From an uncultured Bacteroidales bacterium (GTDB taxonomy: Bacteria > Bacteroidota > Bacteroidia > Bacteroidales > UBA11471): a stretch of DNA of 64,000 bases. The position numbers and the translations under genes are program-made. Position 1 is the stretch's first letter. Each line of letters begins with the position of its first letter. Shown here in pieces: positions 1-10,096 of this stretch. A model generated the notes under the pieces. That model saw only the letters and a program-made list of their open reading frames with translations, was not told where the DNA came from and did no database searches. The stretch lies in the NCBI GenBank assembly GCA_947625885.1, contig CANQQA010000008.1, positions 12,492 to 76,491 on the forward strand, written 5' to 3'.

Positions 1-71
1 TGATATCATCGAATACTCTAAACTTACTAATATGCAACCGGCTTAAATACATACTCTTATAAATTTTTACA

Positions 72-1202
72 TTACACAAATTCTAAATAATTTTCCCTGT
101 TCACCACATGAAACTCTACGTGTGGATATGCTTCTTGAAATACTTTTGGAACAGTCGGCATCTTGTTCCCCCATTTAAATTCCAATGCGGTCAGATTATT
201 AGGATTCTCTTCGATAAGATCAATCTCTTGTTTATCGTAAGTACGCCAAAAATAGAACTCCTTATGCAGCCCTTCGTTGAAATTCGCCTTACGACGCTCT
301 CCGATGATATAGTTCTCCCACAATGCACCAACATCCTGCCGAATAGCCAATGGTGAAAAAGCACCTATAATAGCATTTCGAATGCCATTATCATAGAAAT
401 ACCACTTCCCAGCTTTCGTCACCTCCTTGCGAAGATTGCGCGAGTAAGCCCCAAGACGATATATAACGAATACTTTCTCCAAGAGGTCAAGATATTTTTC
501 AACTGTTGTTTTGCTCATGCTGAGCTGTTTACCTAACTCATCGTAAGAAACTTCACTGCCCAACTGAAAAGCTATCAATCGAAGCAGATCGCGCATCTTG
601 CTCGAATTTTTTAAGCCGTCAATTGCTAAGATATCTTTAAGCAGGTATGCACCTACAATATCGCGTAAATAGTCTGTTTTACGTTCATAGTTCTCCATCA
701 TTACTACTTCAGGATATGAACCGTAAATTAAACGGGCTTCAAGATTCTGACGAGTTTCAAAAGGGGTTTCTATTTGTGCTATTTCCCGTTGCGAAAAAGG
801 AGTAAGTAAAAATTGCGTACTGCGACCTACCAACGGTTCACCAGTCTTATTCAGTAAATCGAATGATGAAGAACCACTTGCCAAGACGCTTATTCCCGGT
901 ATTTCATCAACTATCAACTTCAGAATACTACCGATTTGTGGTATGTTCTGTGCCTCATCAATAGCCAGCAAATCAATACCATCCAGCAAATGTCGATAAT
1001 TGGCAATTGAGCGATTCTCCAAAAGTGCTAATGTGTCGTAGTCTTCACCGTTGAGCATCATAGTCCTACCTGAATAGTTGTCCACAATTTTACGCATCAT
1101 TACCGTTTTACCAACACGGCGGGCACCAAAAATTAATACTGCTTTATTGGGCGCGATTCGTGCAGTAATCTTCTCTTGAAGTATTCTATTTACTGTTTCC
1201 AT
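72..1202 (-). CDS. AAA-family ATPase with DUF4143-type C-terminal domain
   Basis: Start trimmed to METVNRILQ (ATG at 1202-1200). Walker A GARRVGKT, Walker B-like LLAIDEAQ; overall AAA_14/DUF4143 architecture as I recall it. Confidence 0.7.
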   Translation of the reverse strand: METVNRILQEKITARIAPNKAVLIFGARRVGKTVMMRKIVDNYSGRTMMLNGEDYDTLALLENRSIANYRHLLDGIDLLAIDEAQNIPQIGSILKLIVDEIPGISVLASGSSSFDLLNKTGEPLVGRSTQFLLTPFSQREIAQIETPFETRQNLEARLIYGSYPEVVMMENYERKTDYLRDIVGAYLLKDILAIDGLKNSSKMRDLLRLIAFQLGSEVSYDELGKQLSMSKTTVEKYLDLLEKVFVIYRLGAYSRNLRKEVTKAGKWYFYDNGIRNAIIGAFSPLAIRQDVGALWENYIIGERRKANFNEGLHKEFYFWRTYDKQEIDLIEENPNNLTALEFKWGNKMPTVPKVFQEAYPHVEFHVVNRENYLEFV

Positions 1203-1450
1203 ACCTTTATGAATTATAGTGCAAAGATAATCATAATTTTTTAATTGGCGAATTTTACACAAAAAACAAACTGCAAAGTGGCGATTTTTATAGATCAATC
1301 TTAAAGTAGTTGTTTCATCGTTCGTAGTAATTATAAATGCTAATAGCACTAATTGTTCTATTATTTCCCAGACATAATGTTTTGCAGTTTATCTTTATCG
1401 GATTGAAAGGTTTCATATAGAACTAATTAGTATGTAATCAAATATAAACT

Positions 1451-1483
1451 AAAAAGACAGGAATACATGCATCCTGTCTTTTT
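1451..1483 (-). terminator. Hairpin terminator downstream of rteC
   Basis: AAAAAGACAGGA / TCCTGTCTTTTT 12-bp arms around a 9-nt loop, flanked by A/T runs; lies 19 nt past the rteC stop. Confidence 0.5.
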
Positions 1484-1501
1484 ATTTATAATGGATATTT
1501 T

Positions 1502-2119
1502 TTATCTTCTCATGCGCTCCATTTCTTCGTCGCGGAGCATTCTCTCGTTCAGTTTCTCCTGCATTCTGTTAAGGAAATAGGTGCGGCTTTCGTTCTTCCG
1601 GCGTTTGATGTCTATATAGAAGCGGTAGCAGTCCTTTGATTCAACCCCGAAAATCTTGTAGAGAAGCGGGGCCAGCTGTTTGAGCGGCATGTTGCCGTTG
1701 TTGATGCAGCCCATCTCGTTGATGCCGTAGATAAGTTCCACGAGGTCGATGGCGTTGCCCGTCCATTGCAGGGGTGAGGCGGGATTTTCGGTTGTGTTGT
1801 CGGAGGATGTACGGATGGGGATTAGTGGTGGCACTTGGGGAGCGGCAAGGAACTTCTGCATCTTCCTCACGAAAGAGAGTGCCTTGCTGATGTAGGCTGC
1901 AACCTCCCTCTTTTCTTCGGGAAGATTGCGCACGGGATGGTGCTGCAACTCGATTTCAATGTAAGCCAGCGCAATGATGGTGCGGTTGGTGTCCACATTG
2001 CCGCTGCATAGTTCGATCACTTGCGTGGCGAAAGCCGTGTATGCCGTTTCCATATTGCAGTCCCCGGCTTCGTTTATACGGCGGAAGAACTCGGTTTCCG
2101 CCAATAAGAAATAATTCAT
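1502..2119 (-). CDS. rteC: RteC-like regulator (activator of the CTnDOT excision operon)
   Basis: 205-aa ORF downstream of tetQ-rteA-rteB in the position and orientation of rteC. Size and sequence are consistent with the RteC family from memory. Confidence 0.75.
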   Translation of the reverse strand: MNYFLLAETEFFRRINEAGDCNMETAYTAFATQVIELCSGNVDTNRTIIALAYIEIELQHHPVRNLPEEKREVAAYISKALSFVRKMQKFLAAPQVPPLIPIRTSSDNTTENPASPLQWTGNAIDLVELIYGINEMGCINNGNMPLKQLAPLLYKIFGVESKDCYRFYIDIKRRKNESRTYFLNRMQEKLNERMLRDEEMERMRR

Positions 2120-2329
2120 GTCCTGTCAATTTTGAAATTTTACACTCTGTTTTTCGGTATGCGCACATGAATATGATTGGCAAAAAGCGTGTACATAAAA
2201 GAAAAAATCCGGCACGCTCTCTGCAAGGTGCTGGATTTCAGTGTGATAATTTCTCAATTTATTTATCCGACAGGAATTGTATTCAGCTTAAAGTGTTCAT
2301 TTACTGAACATTCGTCCACTTTCCGGACA

Positions 2330-2743
2330 TCAAACGCACGCTTTATAGATATGGCGGACCACTCCGTTGCGGTACACCTTCTGTGAGGTCAGCGTCCATT
2401 GTCCCTGTGGCAAGGCGGACTGGAAGAAACGCTTTCCCGTTCCGGCAATGAAAGGAATCGTGTAAAGTATGATTTCATCCACCACACGCATACGCAGCAG
2501 CCCGTTGATGTAGTCCGCCTTTTCAGGAGTGACTTCTGCCAGATAGCAGATGTCTGTTGTGGATTTCCGCCATTCGTCAAGCATAGATATGGAATAATCC
2601 GGTGTGATATGATAAAGGGCGTTTTCCCTTATCTTATTGATGCCGCAATCTTCAAGGCGCAGTTCCTTATACGCTTTGCAACATAACTCGGAGCTTTGAC
2701 AACCGTCCATCGTGAGGACGGCAAGAATCTGTACTTTACCCAT
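2330..2743 (-). CDS. Dihydrofolate reductase-like (RibD C-terminal domain) family protein, short
   Basis: 137 aa; the MGKVQILAVLTMDGC N-terminus and ...IILYTIPFIAGTGKRFF resemble the RibD_C/DHFR-like fold. The start lies only ~25 nt after a terminator, so independent expression is uncertain. Confidence 0.45.
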   Translation of the reverse strand: MGKVQILAVLTMDGCQSSELCCKAYKELRLEDCGINKIRENALYHITPDYSISMLDEWRKSTTDICYLAEVTPEKADYINGLLRMRVVDEIILYTIPFIAGTGKRFFQSALPQGQWTLTSQKVYRNGVVRHIYKACV

Positions 2744-2767
2744 TATCGTTTCCTTTCGTTGGGCAAG

Positions 2768-2800
2768 GACAAAAAAGTAGCGTGCAAATCACACTACTTT
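2768..2800 (-). terminator. Intrinsic terminator of the tetQ-rteA-rteB operon
   Basis: On the minus sense: AAAGTAGTGTG-ATTTG-CACGCTACTTT (11-bp stem with one G.U pair) followed by a T run (complement of the A6 run at 2771-2776). Confidence 0.55.
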
Positions 2801-2921
2801 CGAGCGACGGCTCTGGTAAAGCCTTTTACGGAGAGTACGTGAATGCACGCTATGCGTAGGCATAGCATAAGCATCACGCAATCGTCTCCGTAGTGTCAAT
2901 TTACCAGATTTTCGCTCGAAA
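2798..2921. repeat. 124-nt imperfect multi-segment palindrome
   Basis: Paired segments: 2798-2807/2912-2921 (10 bp), 2813-2820/2900-2907 (8 bp), 2827-2834/2885-2892 (8 bp), 2838-2846/2871-2878 (8 bp, 1 bulge), 2849-2855/2860-2866 (7 bp, loop GTAG). Confidence 0.8.
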
Positions 2922-3024
2922 CGCCTTGCGGTCTTATGTTATATATAGGCGGCAAAAGGCTCTGCCAGTCGCCGTTACCTTCTAATATGTCATGCAAAGA
3001 TAGCCATTTTCAGCGAATTGCGGG

Positions 3025-4347
3025 CTATGGTTGCTCAAATTTATACTTCAATCCATATTCTTCCAGTTTATTATAGAGTGTTGTCCTGCCTATTCCAAGC
3101 AATTCGGCAGCGACCTTCCGGTTCCCGTCAGCCTGCTTCAAAGCACGCAGAATCCGCTCTTTATCTTCCTCATCGTTGCGTAGGGAGAAGCCGGTAATAG
3201 AGGTTGTTTCGGTTATCCCAAGTTCCAGATGCTCTTTCGTGACAAGTCCCGTCTGTGCCTGCAACACCGCGCCCATGATTTTCTGCCGAAGCTCGCGCAC
3301 GTTGCCCGGCCATGAATGGGTCAGCAACGCTTTCCGTGCTTCGGAGCTGAATCCGCTAACCTTGCACTCCAATTCATTATTGGCAATCTCGCGGAAAAAC
3401 TCTGCCAGCGGCATGATGTCTTCCTGACAATCACGCAGCGGCGGAACGGTTATATCGAAGTCGTGCAGACGGTACAGCAAGTCCTGCCGGAAACGCTTTT
3501 CATTGACCGCCTTTTCCAGATTCTCGTTGGTGGCAGCGATAATACGGACATTGAAACTTCTATCCGTCCTGTCACCAACGGGGCGGTATCGCCGCTCCTG
3601 TATGGCACGCAGAAGCATCTGTTGGGTTTCCGGTGCGAGGTTGCCCACTTCGTCCAAAAACAGCGTGCCGCCTTCGGCTTCATGGAAATATCCTTTCTTG
3701 GCACTGTCCGCACCGGTGAATGCGCCTTTGACGTGTCCGAAAAATGCCGATGGAGCAAGCTCTTTGTTTAACGATCCGCAGTCCACAGCCACGAACGGCT
3801 TGCCGGAACGTTTGCTTTTATCATGCAGATGGTGGGCGATATGCTCCTTGCCCGTGCCGTTCTCTCCGAATATCAGTACGCTCATGTCGGTTGGTGCTAC
3901 CAGCCTTATCCGGTGCATGATTTTCCGGAAGGCGGAACCGTCACGGGCAAACACGGGCATACGGCTCCGCCCGATATTCCGCTCTTTCAGTATGGTACGG
4001 AGAAGAGGCACGAGTTTGTCCTCCACGAGTTGTTTGGGTATGTAGTCCAGCGAGCCGAGTTTCATACTTTCAACCGCCGTATGCACTTCGGCATAGTCGG
4101 TCATGATGATGAACGGCTGCGTCATACCCTCTTTGCGCATCCAACGCAACAGGTCGATACCATTGCCGTCAGGTAGGCGCAGGTCTGAAACCACGATGTC
4201 CCCGTCAGCGGCTTGTTGCAGAAGTTTCCTCGCTGTCGAGAGGTGGAAAGCCTGCACGGTACGGAATCCCTCACGTGCCAGCAGGTTACAGACAAACTCG
4301 CAATACACGATGTTGTCCTCCACCACGATGATTTTTATCTTATCCAT
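3025..4347 (-). CDS. rteB: Sigma-54-interacting response regulator RteB (NtrC family)
   Basis: N-terminal receiver (VVSDLRLPDGNG), AAA+ sigma-54 activator core (GENGTGKE, GAFTGA, ...DEVG), C-terminal Fis-type HTH. Follows rteA with an 8-nt overlap. Confidence 0.9.
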   Translation of the reverse strand: MDKIKIIVVEDNIVYCEFVCNLLAREGFRTVQAFHLSTARKLLQQAADGDIVVSDLRLPDGNGIDLLRWMRKEGMTQPFIIMTDYAEVHTAVESMKLGSLDYIPKQLVEDKLVPLLRTILKERNIGRSRMPVFARDGSAFRKIMHRIRLVAPTDMSVLIFGENGTGKEHIAHHLHDKSKRSGKPFVAVDCGSLNKELAPSAFFGHVKGAFTGADSAKKGYFHEAEGGTLFLDEVGNLAPETQQMLLRAIQERRYRPVGDRTDRSFNVRIIAATNENLEKAVNEKRFRQDLLYRLHDFDITVPPLRDCQEDIMPLAEFFREIANNELECKVSGFSSEARKALLTHSWPGNVRELRQKIMGAVLQAQTGLVTKEHLELGITETTSITGFSLRNDEEDKERILRALKQADGNRKVAAELLGIGRTTLYNKLEEYGLKYKFEQP

Positions 4348-6658
4348 TGTTGTATTTCTTCCTTTCTTCTTTTGCCAGCCGGATTATCTCCGAACCCTTA
4401 TCCAGCACAGCTCTTACGGCATTGCCTATTGCTTTGTCGTCAGGTGTGCCATTGTGATGAATCAGTTTATAAAGTTCCCTCAACGGTCTGTCGGCACGGA
4501 GTATCTCCCAAGAGCTGCGCAGGTGGTGTGTTAGGGCGTCCAGTTCCGGAAGGTCTTTCCGTTGTTCCGCATACCTGAGCGACTGCATTTCCTTTTCTGT
4601 TTCCGTTATCAATTTCTCCAGCATGACGGCTTCATTGCCGTAGGATAGCAGGGAGGTGAAACCCGGCTTTTCATTTTGTGCCGCATTCATGGCGCATTTA
4701 TTTGAAATCTCCATCAGTTCAGATATGGAGAACGGCTTGAACAGGCATTCTGTGAATCCATGTTCTATAAGTTCCTCTTTGCCGCAACTGCCCGAAGCGG
4801 TTGTCACGATTACCGGGATATCCCTTGAATTGCCAACGTTGGAAGTGCGCAACAGTTCCAGCAACTCGAAACCGTTTATATCCGGCATATTCAGATCCGT
4901 CAGAAGAAGGCTGTATTCCTTTTTTCGTATCAGTTCCATCAGCTCCGCAGCATTGGTGCAGGTATCGCAGTGTATCCCTTCCTGTGCATACATTTCTTTC
5001 AGCATCAGGAGCAGCACTTCGTCATTGTCGATGGCAACCACATCGTGGAATGTATGGTTATGATGAACCTGTGTTTGATTTATCCGTTCCGGTAGTTCCT
5101 CGGCTGTCTGCATGGGGATTTCCACCGTGAAACGGCTACCTTTGCCTTTATCGCTCTCCAGACGGATTGTGCCGCCGAGCATTGTCACAATACGCTGAAC
5201 AATGGAAAGACCTAATCCGAAGCCATCCTTTGCGGCAGCGTTTGACAGACGTTCAAACGCCCCGAATACCCGTTGCTGTTCCTCTTCGGTCATACCTGTA
5301 CCCGTATCTTCGACGATAAGTTTCAGCAGACCGTTATCATAATCTGCCCGCAAAGAAACACTGCCGTTCTCCGTGAACTTGATAGCGTTGGACAGCAGGT
5401 TGTTCCCGATTTGCAAGATGCGTTCCTTATCTGTACATACAAAGGCATCCTTGTGGCAATGTATTGTCAGAGTCAGTCCTTTGTTTATGGCGATTGGCAT
5501 AAACTCCGTTTCGAGCGTATGTGTGATTGCGGAAATCCTACATGCGGAGAAATTAGGCTGTTCCTTGCCGTTGTCCAGCCGGAAAAAATTCAGCAGGGTG
5601 TTCAGCATTTCACGCATGCGGTCAGAAGATTCCTGAATGTTTCGGATATACGTCCCGGTTTTATCCGTATTGCAGTCTTTCCGCATCAGTCCGGCATAAC
5701 CCGTTATTGCCGTCAGTGGTGTACGTAATTCATGGGTAATGGTATGAACGGCTTTCTTGCGAGAGGCTATCAGTGCCTCGTTTCGCTTTGCCATTTGTTG
5801 CAGTCGCTCAATTAAATCTGCGGTTTCCTGTTTATATCGCTTGATGCGGTTGGCATTTCGGTGTATGATGATATATGATATGACCAGTAGCAGTATAACG
5901 AACCCTGTCAAGCCCCCAATCTGAATGAACGACCGTTCCCGCATGGCTGTTATCTCGGCTTCCCGCTTTTGTAGGTCAGTTTGTACTTTCCCGTCTATTT
6001 GAACAACCAGTCCTTGCAGTTGCCTGTTAAGTTCCGCATTTCGTGCGGCAAGGCTATCGGCATGAACCGATAAGCGACGGCTTTGCGCCTGTTGTTCGGT
6101 TCTCATATTCCGGTTAAAGGAACGGTGCATCGTGGTAGTCACAGTTGGTTTCGCTTCTTCCTTTTTGCCGAAGATGCCCAAGAATCCTTTTCGTTTAGGT
6201 TTCTTGGGTTGTTCTTGCACACTTTTCTGCGCGATTACGGGTACTTGACGGGGTATCTTATCGTTGATGGCTTGTTGCTGTTCAAGTATCTGCACGATTT
6301 GGCACATCTGCCGTTCCTTATCTTCGAGAAGATGGCGTACGCTGTCTATACGCTCTGCCGGATAGGTAGCTTTGAAACGGCAGAGCATACTGTCCATTGC
6401 CATACGCTGTGCATGGTAATGTTCGATATCTTTATCGTTCCATTCCAGTATTGTTTCACCAAATAGAGAGAATTTTATCATTTGAATATTGATATTGTTT
6501 ATCTCTTTTCGGAACTCGTCTATTTTTTTATTGTCAAGTTCTAATGCTTCTATCTCCTGCCATTCATAGAAGCTATTATATGCTATACATCCGATAAGAA
6601 CGGAGATAAGTATATACCCCAACCGTATTGTCTTATAGAAATTCCTGGATCGTTCCAT
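4340..6658 (-). CDS. rteA: Hybrid sensor histidine kinase RteA
   Basis: TM segments; H-box HELRTPLTAI; HATPase (DTGTGM, GFGLGLSIV); C-terminal receiver (LLLTDLNMPDINGFE) and an HPt-like tail. Its start shares 1 nt with the tetQ stop. Confidence 0.85.
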   Translation of the reverse strand: MERSRNFYKTIRLGYILISVLIGCIAYNSFYEWQEIEALELDNKKIDEFRKEINNINIQMIKFSLFGETILEWNDKDIEHYHAQRMAMDSMLCRFKATYPAERIDSVRHLLEDKERQMCQIVQILEQQQAINDKIPRQVPVIAQKSVQEQPKKPKRKGFLGIFGKKEEAKPTVTTTMHRSFNRNMRTEQQAQSRRLSVHADSLAARNAELNRQLQGLVVQIDGKVQTDLQKREAEITAMRERSFIQIGGLTGFVILLLVISYIIIHRNANRIKRYKQETADLIERLQQMAKRNEALIASRKKAVHTITHELRTPLTAITGYAGLMRKDCNTDKTGTYIRNIQESSDRMREMLNTLLNFFRLDNGKEQPNFSACRISAITHTLETEFMPIAINKGLTLTIHCHKDAFVCTDKERILQIGNNLLSNAIKFTENGSVSLRADYDNGLLKLIVEDTGTGMTEEEQQRVFGAFERLSNAAAKDGFGLGLSIVQRIVTMLGGTIRLESDKGKGSRFTVEIPMQTAEELPERINQTQVHHNHTFHDVVAIDNDEVLLLMLKEMYAQEGIHCDTCTNAAELMELIRKKEYSLLLTDLNMPDINGFELLELLRTSNVGNSRDIPVIVTTASGSCGKEELIEHGFTECLFKPFSISELMEISNKCAMNAAQNEKPGFTSLLSYGNEAVMLEKLITETEKEMQSLRYAEQRKDLPELDALTHHLRSSWEILRADRPLRELYKLIHHNGTPDDKAIGNAVRAVLDKGSEIIRLAKEERKKYNNG

Positions 6659-8583
6659 TATTTTGATGATACTGATTTTTCAAACATGAATAAAAGTTTA
6701 TCCTTTTCTTCCATACGGGTATTATCAGAATAACCGCCTTTTGTTATTTGATACCCACACGGCTTAACCATAAAAGTGCCTAAGCCTTTAGTGTATGAAC
6801 TTACTTCTGAGGCATAGTCTTTACTTGTATTTAATGGAACTTTCCCTTCAATAAGACACCACTCATTATTACAACTGATACCTTTAATCTCAGACATCAT
6901 TTTTTGCAGATCTGTAATAGCTTTGGAACTTGCTACTTGTGGTATCTGTAACTCAAAATAGAGCATCGGTTCGAGAATATCCACTCCTGATTGTTGCAAA
7001 GCCAACCTGAAGACATAAGGAGACAATTGTCTAAAATCGGCAGGGGTACTTATCGGACTATAATAAAGGGCATAAGTAAAGGTTACTTTCAAATCCGTCA
7101 CTTCCCATCCATGCAATCCCGATTGGCAAGACATACGGATTCCTTCAAAAACGGCATTTTGAAAAGAATGGTTCAGATAACCAAAGGAGATTTCACTTTC
7201 GATTTGCAACCCTGACCCTATCGGTAAAGGTTCAAGAGTCAGTCCTATGGAGGCCCAGTAAGGGTTGGGAGGGACTTCGATATGGATAATCTTATTCACC
7301 TTCTTTTTAGGTCGTTCTTTGTAGATAGTCTTGATTTCATCAAAATGGGCCTTTACGGAGAATCGTTCTTCCAGCAATGTTTGTATGATTTCTTTTTGGG
7401 TTAAACCATATAACGAGATTTCCAATTCATCACTATATGAATTTATGGAAAAGGACAGAGACGGGTCTTCAATAAACAATACATTTAGAGCGGATATCAA
7501 CTTGCTTCTCTCTTCGGGCTTGTCTGGTCGGACAGAAGATTTGAGGGCGGGATGCTGATGAGATAATCCTTGAATCAGACAAGGTTTAACACCTAAATAA
7601 TCTCCGATTCTTAATTCTTCTATATCTTCTATAATTGCGATATCATTAGCAACCACTTCATCAACATTTATCTCTTTGCCCTGATAAATGGTTTTTAGAT
7701 TTTTAATCTTGATGAATTTTTCAGAATCATTGACTTTTATAACGGTTCGAAGTCTCAGCCTTCCGTCAATAATTTTTAGAAAACTTCTTTTATGCCCTTT
7801 GGGGTCATGTTCTATTTTATAAAGATAAGCTGAAAGTCTATTGGGGACTGATGCCGGAGGAAATATAAAAGAAATGATGGCGTCTAACAACTCATTGATG
7901 CCAATATTGCACATTGCTGATCCATGCAAGACCGGATAGGCTTTGGCTTTTGCCACAAGAGCGATTATCGCATTCCAATAATCTGCCGGTAAGATTTCTT
8001 TATCCGCCAAATATAGTTCTAATATATCGTCGTCATGGTTGCATACAAATTCTTTGTGTTCTGCCCTTATATCTGTTGGGGTGCAAATCGGGTAAACGAC
8101 TCCATCGACAACCGTTTGCATAAACAAGACGTCTTGCGACAGATTTGTTTTTATGTCCAGATATAAACGCTCAAGATTTACGCCGGCACGATCAATCTTA
8201 TTGATAAATATAATTGTCGGGATTTGCAGTTTTTGCAAAGTCTTGAACAGCAACTTTGTTTGTGCTTGTATGCCTTCCTTTGCCGATAATATGAGGACTG
8301 CACCATCAAGCATTTTGAATGTCCGCTCCACCTCTGCAATAAAATCCATGTGTCCCGGAGTGTCAATGATATTGCATTTCACACCATTCCAAACAATAGA
8401 TGTCGTAGAAGCCCGAATAGTAATTCCTCTACGTTTTTCTATATCCATAGAGTCTGTTATGGTGTCACCTTTATCAACACTGCCGCGCTTTTCCGTTGCT
8501 CCGCAGGCAAATAGCAGATTTTCGGTTACGGAAGTTTTTCCTGCATCAATGTGAGCAAGAATTCCTAAATTTATAATGTTCAT
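6658..8583 (-). CDS. tetQ: Tetracycline ribosomal protection protein Tet(Q)-type
   Basis: Start trimmed to [18 protein letters not shown] (ATG at 8583-8581). EF-G-like GTPase motifs [17 protein letters not shown]. Collinear with Tet(Q) as I remember it, ending ...[15 protein letters not shown]. Confidence 0.93.
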   Translation of the reverse strand: MNIINLGILAHIDAGKTSVTENLLFACGATEKRGSVDKGDTITDSMDIEKRRGITIRASTTSIVWNGVKCNIIDTPGHMDFIAEVERTFKMLDGAVLILSAKEGIQAQTKLLFKTLQKLQIPTIIFINKIDRAGVNLERLYLDIKTNLSQDVLFMQTVVDGVVYPICTPTDIRAEHKEFVCNHDDDILELYLADKEILPADYWNAIIALVAKAKAYPVLHGSAMCNIGINELLDAIISFIFPPASVPNRLSAYLYKIEHDPKGHKRSFLKIIDGRLRLRTVIKVNDSEKFIKIKNLKTIYQGKEINVDEVVANDIAIIEDIEELRIGDYLGVKPCLIQGLSHQHPALKSSVRPDKPEERSKLISALNVLFIEDPSLSFSINSYSDELEISLYGLTQKEIIQTLLEERFSVKAHFDEIKTIYKERPKKKVNKIIHIEVPPNPYWASIGLTLEPLPIGSGLQIESEISFGYLNHSFQNAVFEGIRMSCQSGLHGWEVTDLKVTFTYALYYSPISTPADFRQLSPYVFRLALQQSGVDILEPMLYFELQIPQVASSKAITDLQKMMSEIKGISCNNEWCLIEGKVPLNTSKDYASEVSSYTKGLGTFMVKPCGYQITKGGYSDNTRMEEKDKLLFMFEKSVSSK

Positions 8584-8740
8584 TTGATTAAGCAATAATA
8601 TACTACAATAGATGCATTGCCGAAACGCACCTTTTAATACCTCCTCGTAGCATGTAGAAAACTACAGGATTCTTAACTCGTATTAATATGTATATTATTA
8701 CTGCCGCATAATTGAACGCAAATTTACGAAAAAAAAGTTC
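8584..8740 (-). promoter_or_regulatory. tetQ operon leader/promoter region (translational-attenuation region in CTnDOT)
   Basis: AT-rich untranslated region directly upstream of tetQ. Contains the mini-ORF ATG-CAT-CTA-TTG-TAG (8617-8603) 19 nt before the tetQ ATG. The function is assigned by analogy to CTnDOT only. Confidence 0.45.
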
Positions 8741-8849
8741 CCTGACAAAAGCACAAAGAACTTTTTTAAACTTTTTTAATCTATGCGTATTTTTATTTGG
8801 TATTATTAATTTGTTATTTGATGATGAGGGCTATTCATATAAATGTAGG

Positions 8850-9707
8850 TTAAATTTTTCTGACCATTTCAAACTGTTGTCCTTTTGGGGTAAGTCCTAA
8901 TGATGACAAGAAACCAGTGACTGATTCACAATCGCAATCAACATTAGTAAATTTGAGTACATCGCTTTGAAAATGACTGACAGCACTTTTAAGCAAAGAC
9001 TTGCCTATTCCTTTACGCCGGTAATCTTTTGCAACTGCGAGGGATGAAATATCGCCAGATGCCGGTTCAAAGATAACAAATCCGACAAGTTCTTCTCTTT
9101 CATAAGCTCCCAATATGTCCAAATTGTCGATTCCGCGTTCCAGTGAAGCCCTGTCATTTTGCCATGAAGGATGAAAATCGAACCAGGCCGTTTGGTTAAG
9201 GCAGTTTTTTAAATCCGATGGGAGTATGCGACATGCGGTATGGTTTACTTGCAATACAGGAACAATATCGCTCAGTTTGGCAGAGTAGTAGTTGAAATTT
9301 CTCTGTGTTTCAAAGCCTAATTTGCGATATATTTTTATTGCTTTGTGATTGTGTTGCAAAACTTCCAGTACATATTGCCGAACTCCTTGTTGACATATCA
9401 ATTCGAGGCTGAAAGTGAATATTTTTTGGGTTAGGTGTAATCCCCGGAATGAAGGTACGGTTCCCGTCCCTGTGTCATAGGCAGTCAAGATGTTGTTGTA
9501 CATGCCTGTTCCGTTAAGCACAAAAGAAATCAGCCGTCCTTCGAAAAATACTCCGAAAGATAGTTGTGGATTGTATCCTCGTCGGTCGAGCATGCGTCGC
9601 AATTCATCCGCATTCAAAGAGAAATCATAATCTTTGAATGCAGATGAGAATGCCGCATACAAATCTTTGAAAGAAACGGACTCTAAAGAATGAATGATGA
9701 TTCCCAT
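8850..9707 (-). CDS. GNAT-family N-acetyltransferase, apparently two tandem GNAT-like halves
   Basis: 285 aa. The C-terminal half has the acetyl-CoA motif RRKGIGKSLL; the N-terminal half has ...VLEVLQHNHKAIKIYRKLGF. Confidence 0.7.
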   Translation of the reverse strand: MGIIIHSLESVSFKDLYAAFSSAFKDYDFSLNADELRRMLDRRGYNPQLSFGVFFEGRLISFVLNGTGMYNNILTAYDTGTGTVPSFRGLHLTQKIFTFSLELICQQGVRQYVLEVLQHNHKAIKIYRKLGFETQRNFNYYSAKLSDIVPVLQVNHTACRILPSDLKNCLNQTAWFDFHPSWQNDRASLERGIDNLDILGAYEREELVGFVIFEPASGDISSLAVAKDYRRKGIGKSLLKSAVSHFQSDVLKFTNVDCDCESVTGFLSSLGLTPKGQQFEMVRKI

Positions 9708-9718
9708 ATCGGACGGTG

Positions 9719-10096
9719 TTATGTGTTTGGATTTTCATCACTATTCTCTACGGGTAAACCGTGCTGTTTGAGAAAGCTGAGCTTATCCCAATAACCTCTT
9801 TGGAAAACTATTTTATCGTTTTGCACATGAAAGAATCCGCATCCTCGCAACCCGAGCGGATCTTTCCATTCCATGATAGCCCATTCTCCATCCTCGAATA
9901 TATGCTCAACAATACAAACCATTTTTGAGGTTGCAAATTCATTTACAAACATTTCATGGATAGCTGTTTTTCCTATAACTGGGGTGTTTGCGACTTGATG
10001 GTTTATGGCATCCTGAGCGTATAAGTTTGCCAAAGCGACTGCATCGGCGGCGTTGAAGCAGTCAATCCATTTTTGTAGTATCTCTTTTGGCGTCAT
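9719..10096 (-). CDS. SnoaL-like / NTF2-fold (ketosteroid isomerase-like) protein
   Basis: 125 aa; N-terminus ...WIDCFNAADAVALANLYAQDAINHQV is typical of SnoaL_2-type proteins. Confidence 0.65.
   Translation of the reverse strand: MTPKEILQKWIDCFNAADAVALANLYAQDAINHQVANTPVIGKTAIHEMFVNEFATSKMVCIVEHIFEDGEWAIMEWKDPLGLRGCGFFHVQNDKIVFQRGYWDKLSFLKQHGLPVENSDENPNT

Noticed and set aside
1956-2386. Small ORFs (75, 88 and 69 aa) around the rteC start
   Set aside because: They overlap rteC or its upstream region in other frames, have no motifs, and are likely spurious.
8712-8900. 62-aa plus-strand ORF upstream of tetQ
   Set aside because: It lies in AT-rich leader/promoter DNA, overlaps the end of the GNAT gene, and has a low-complexity Phe/Leu/Asn composition.
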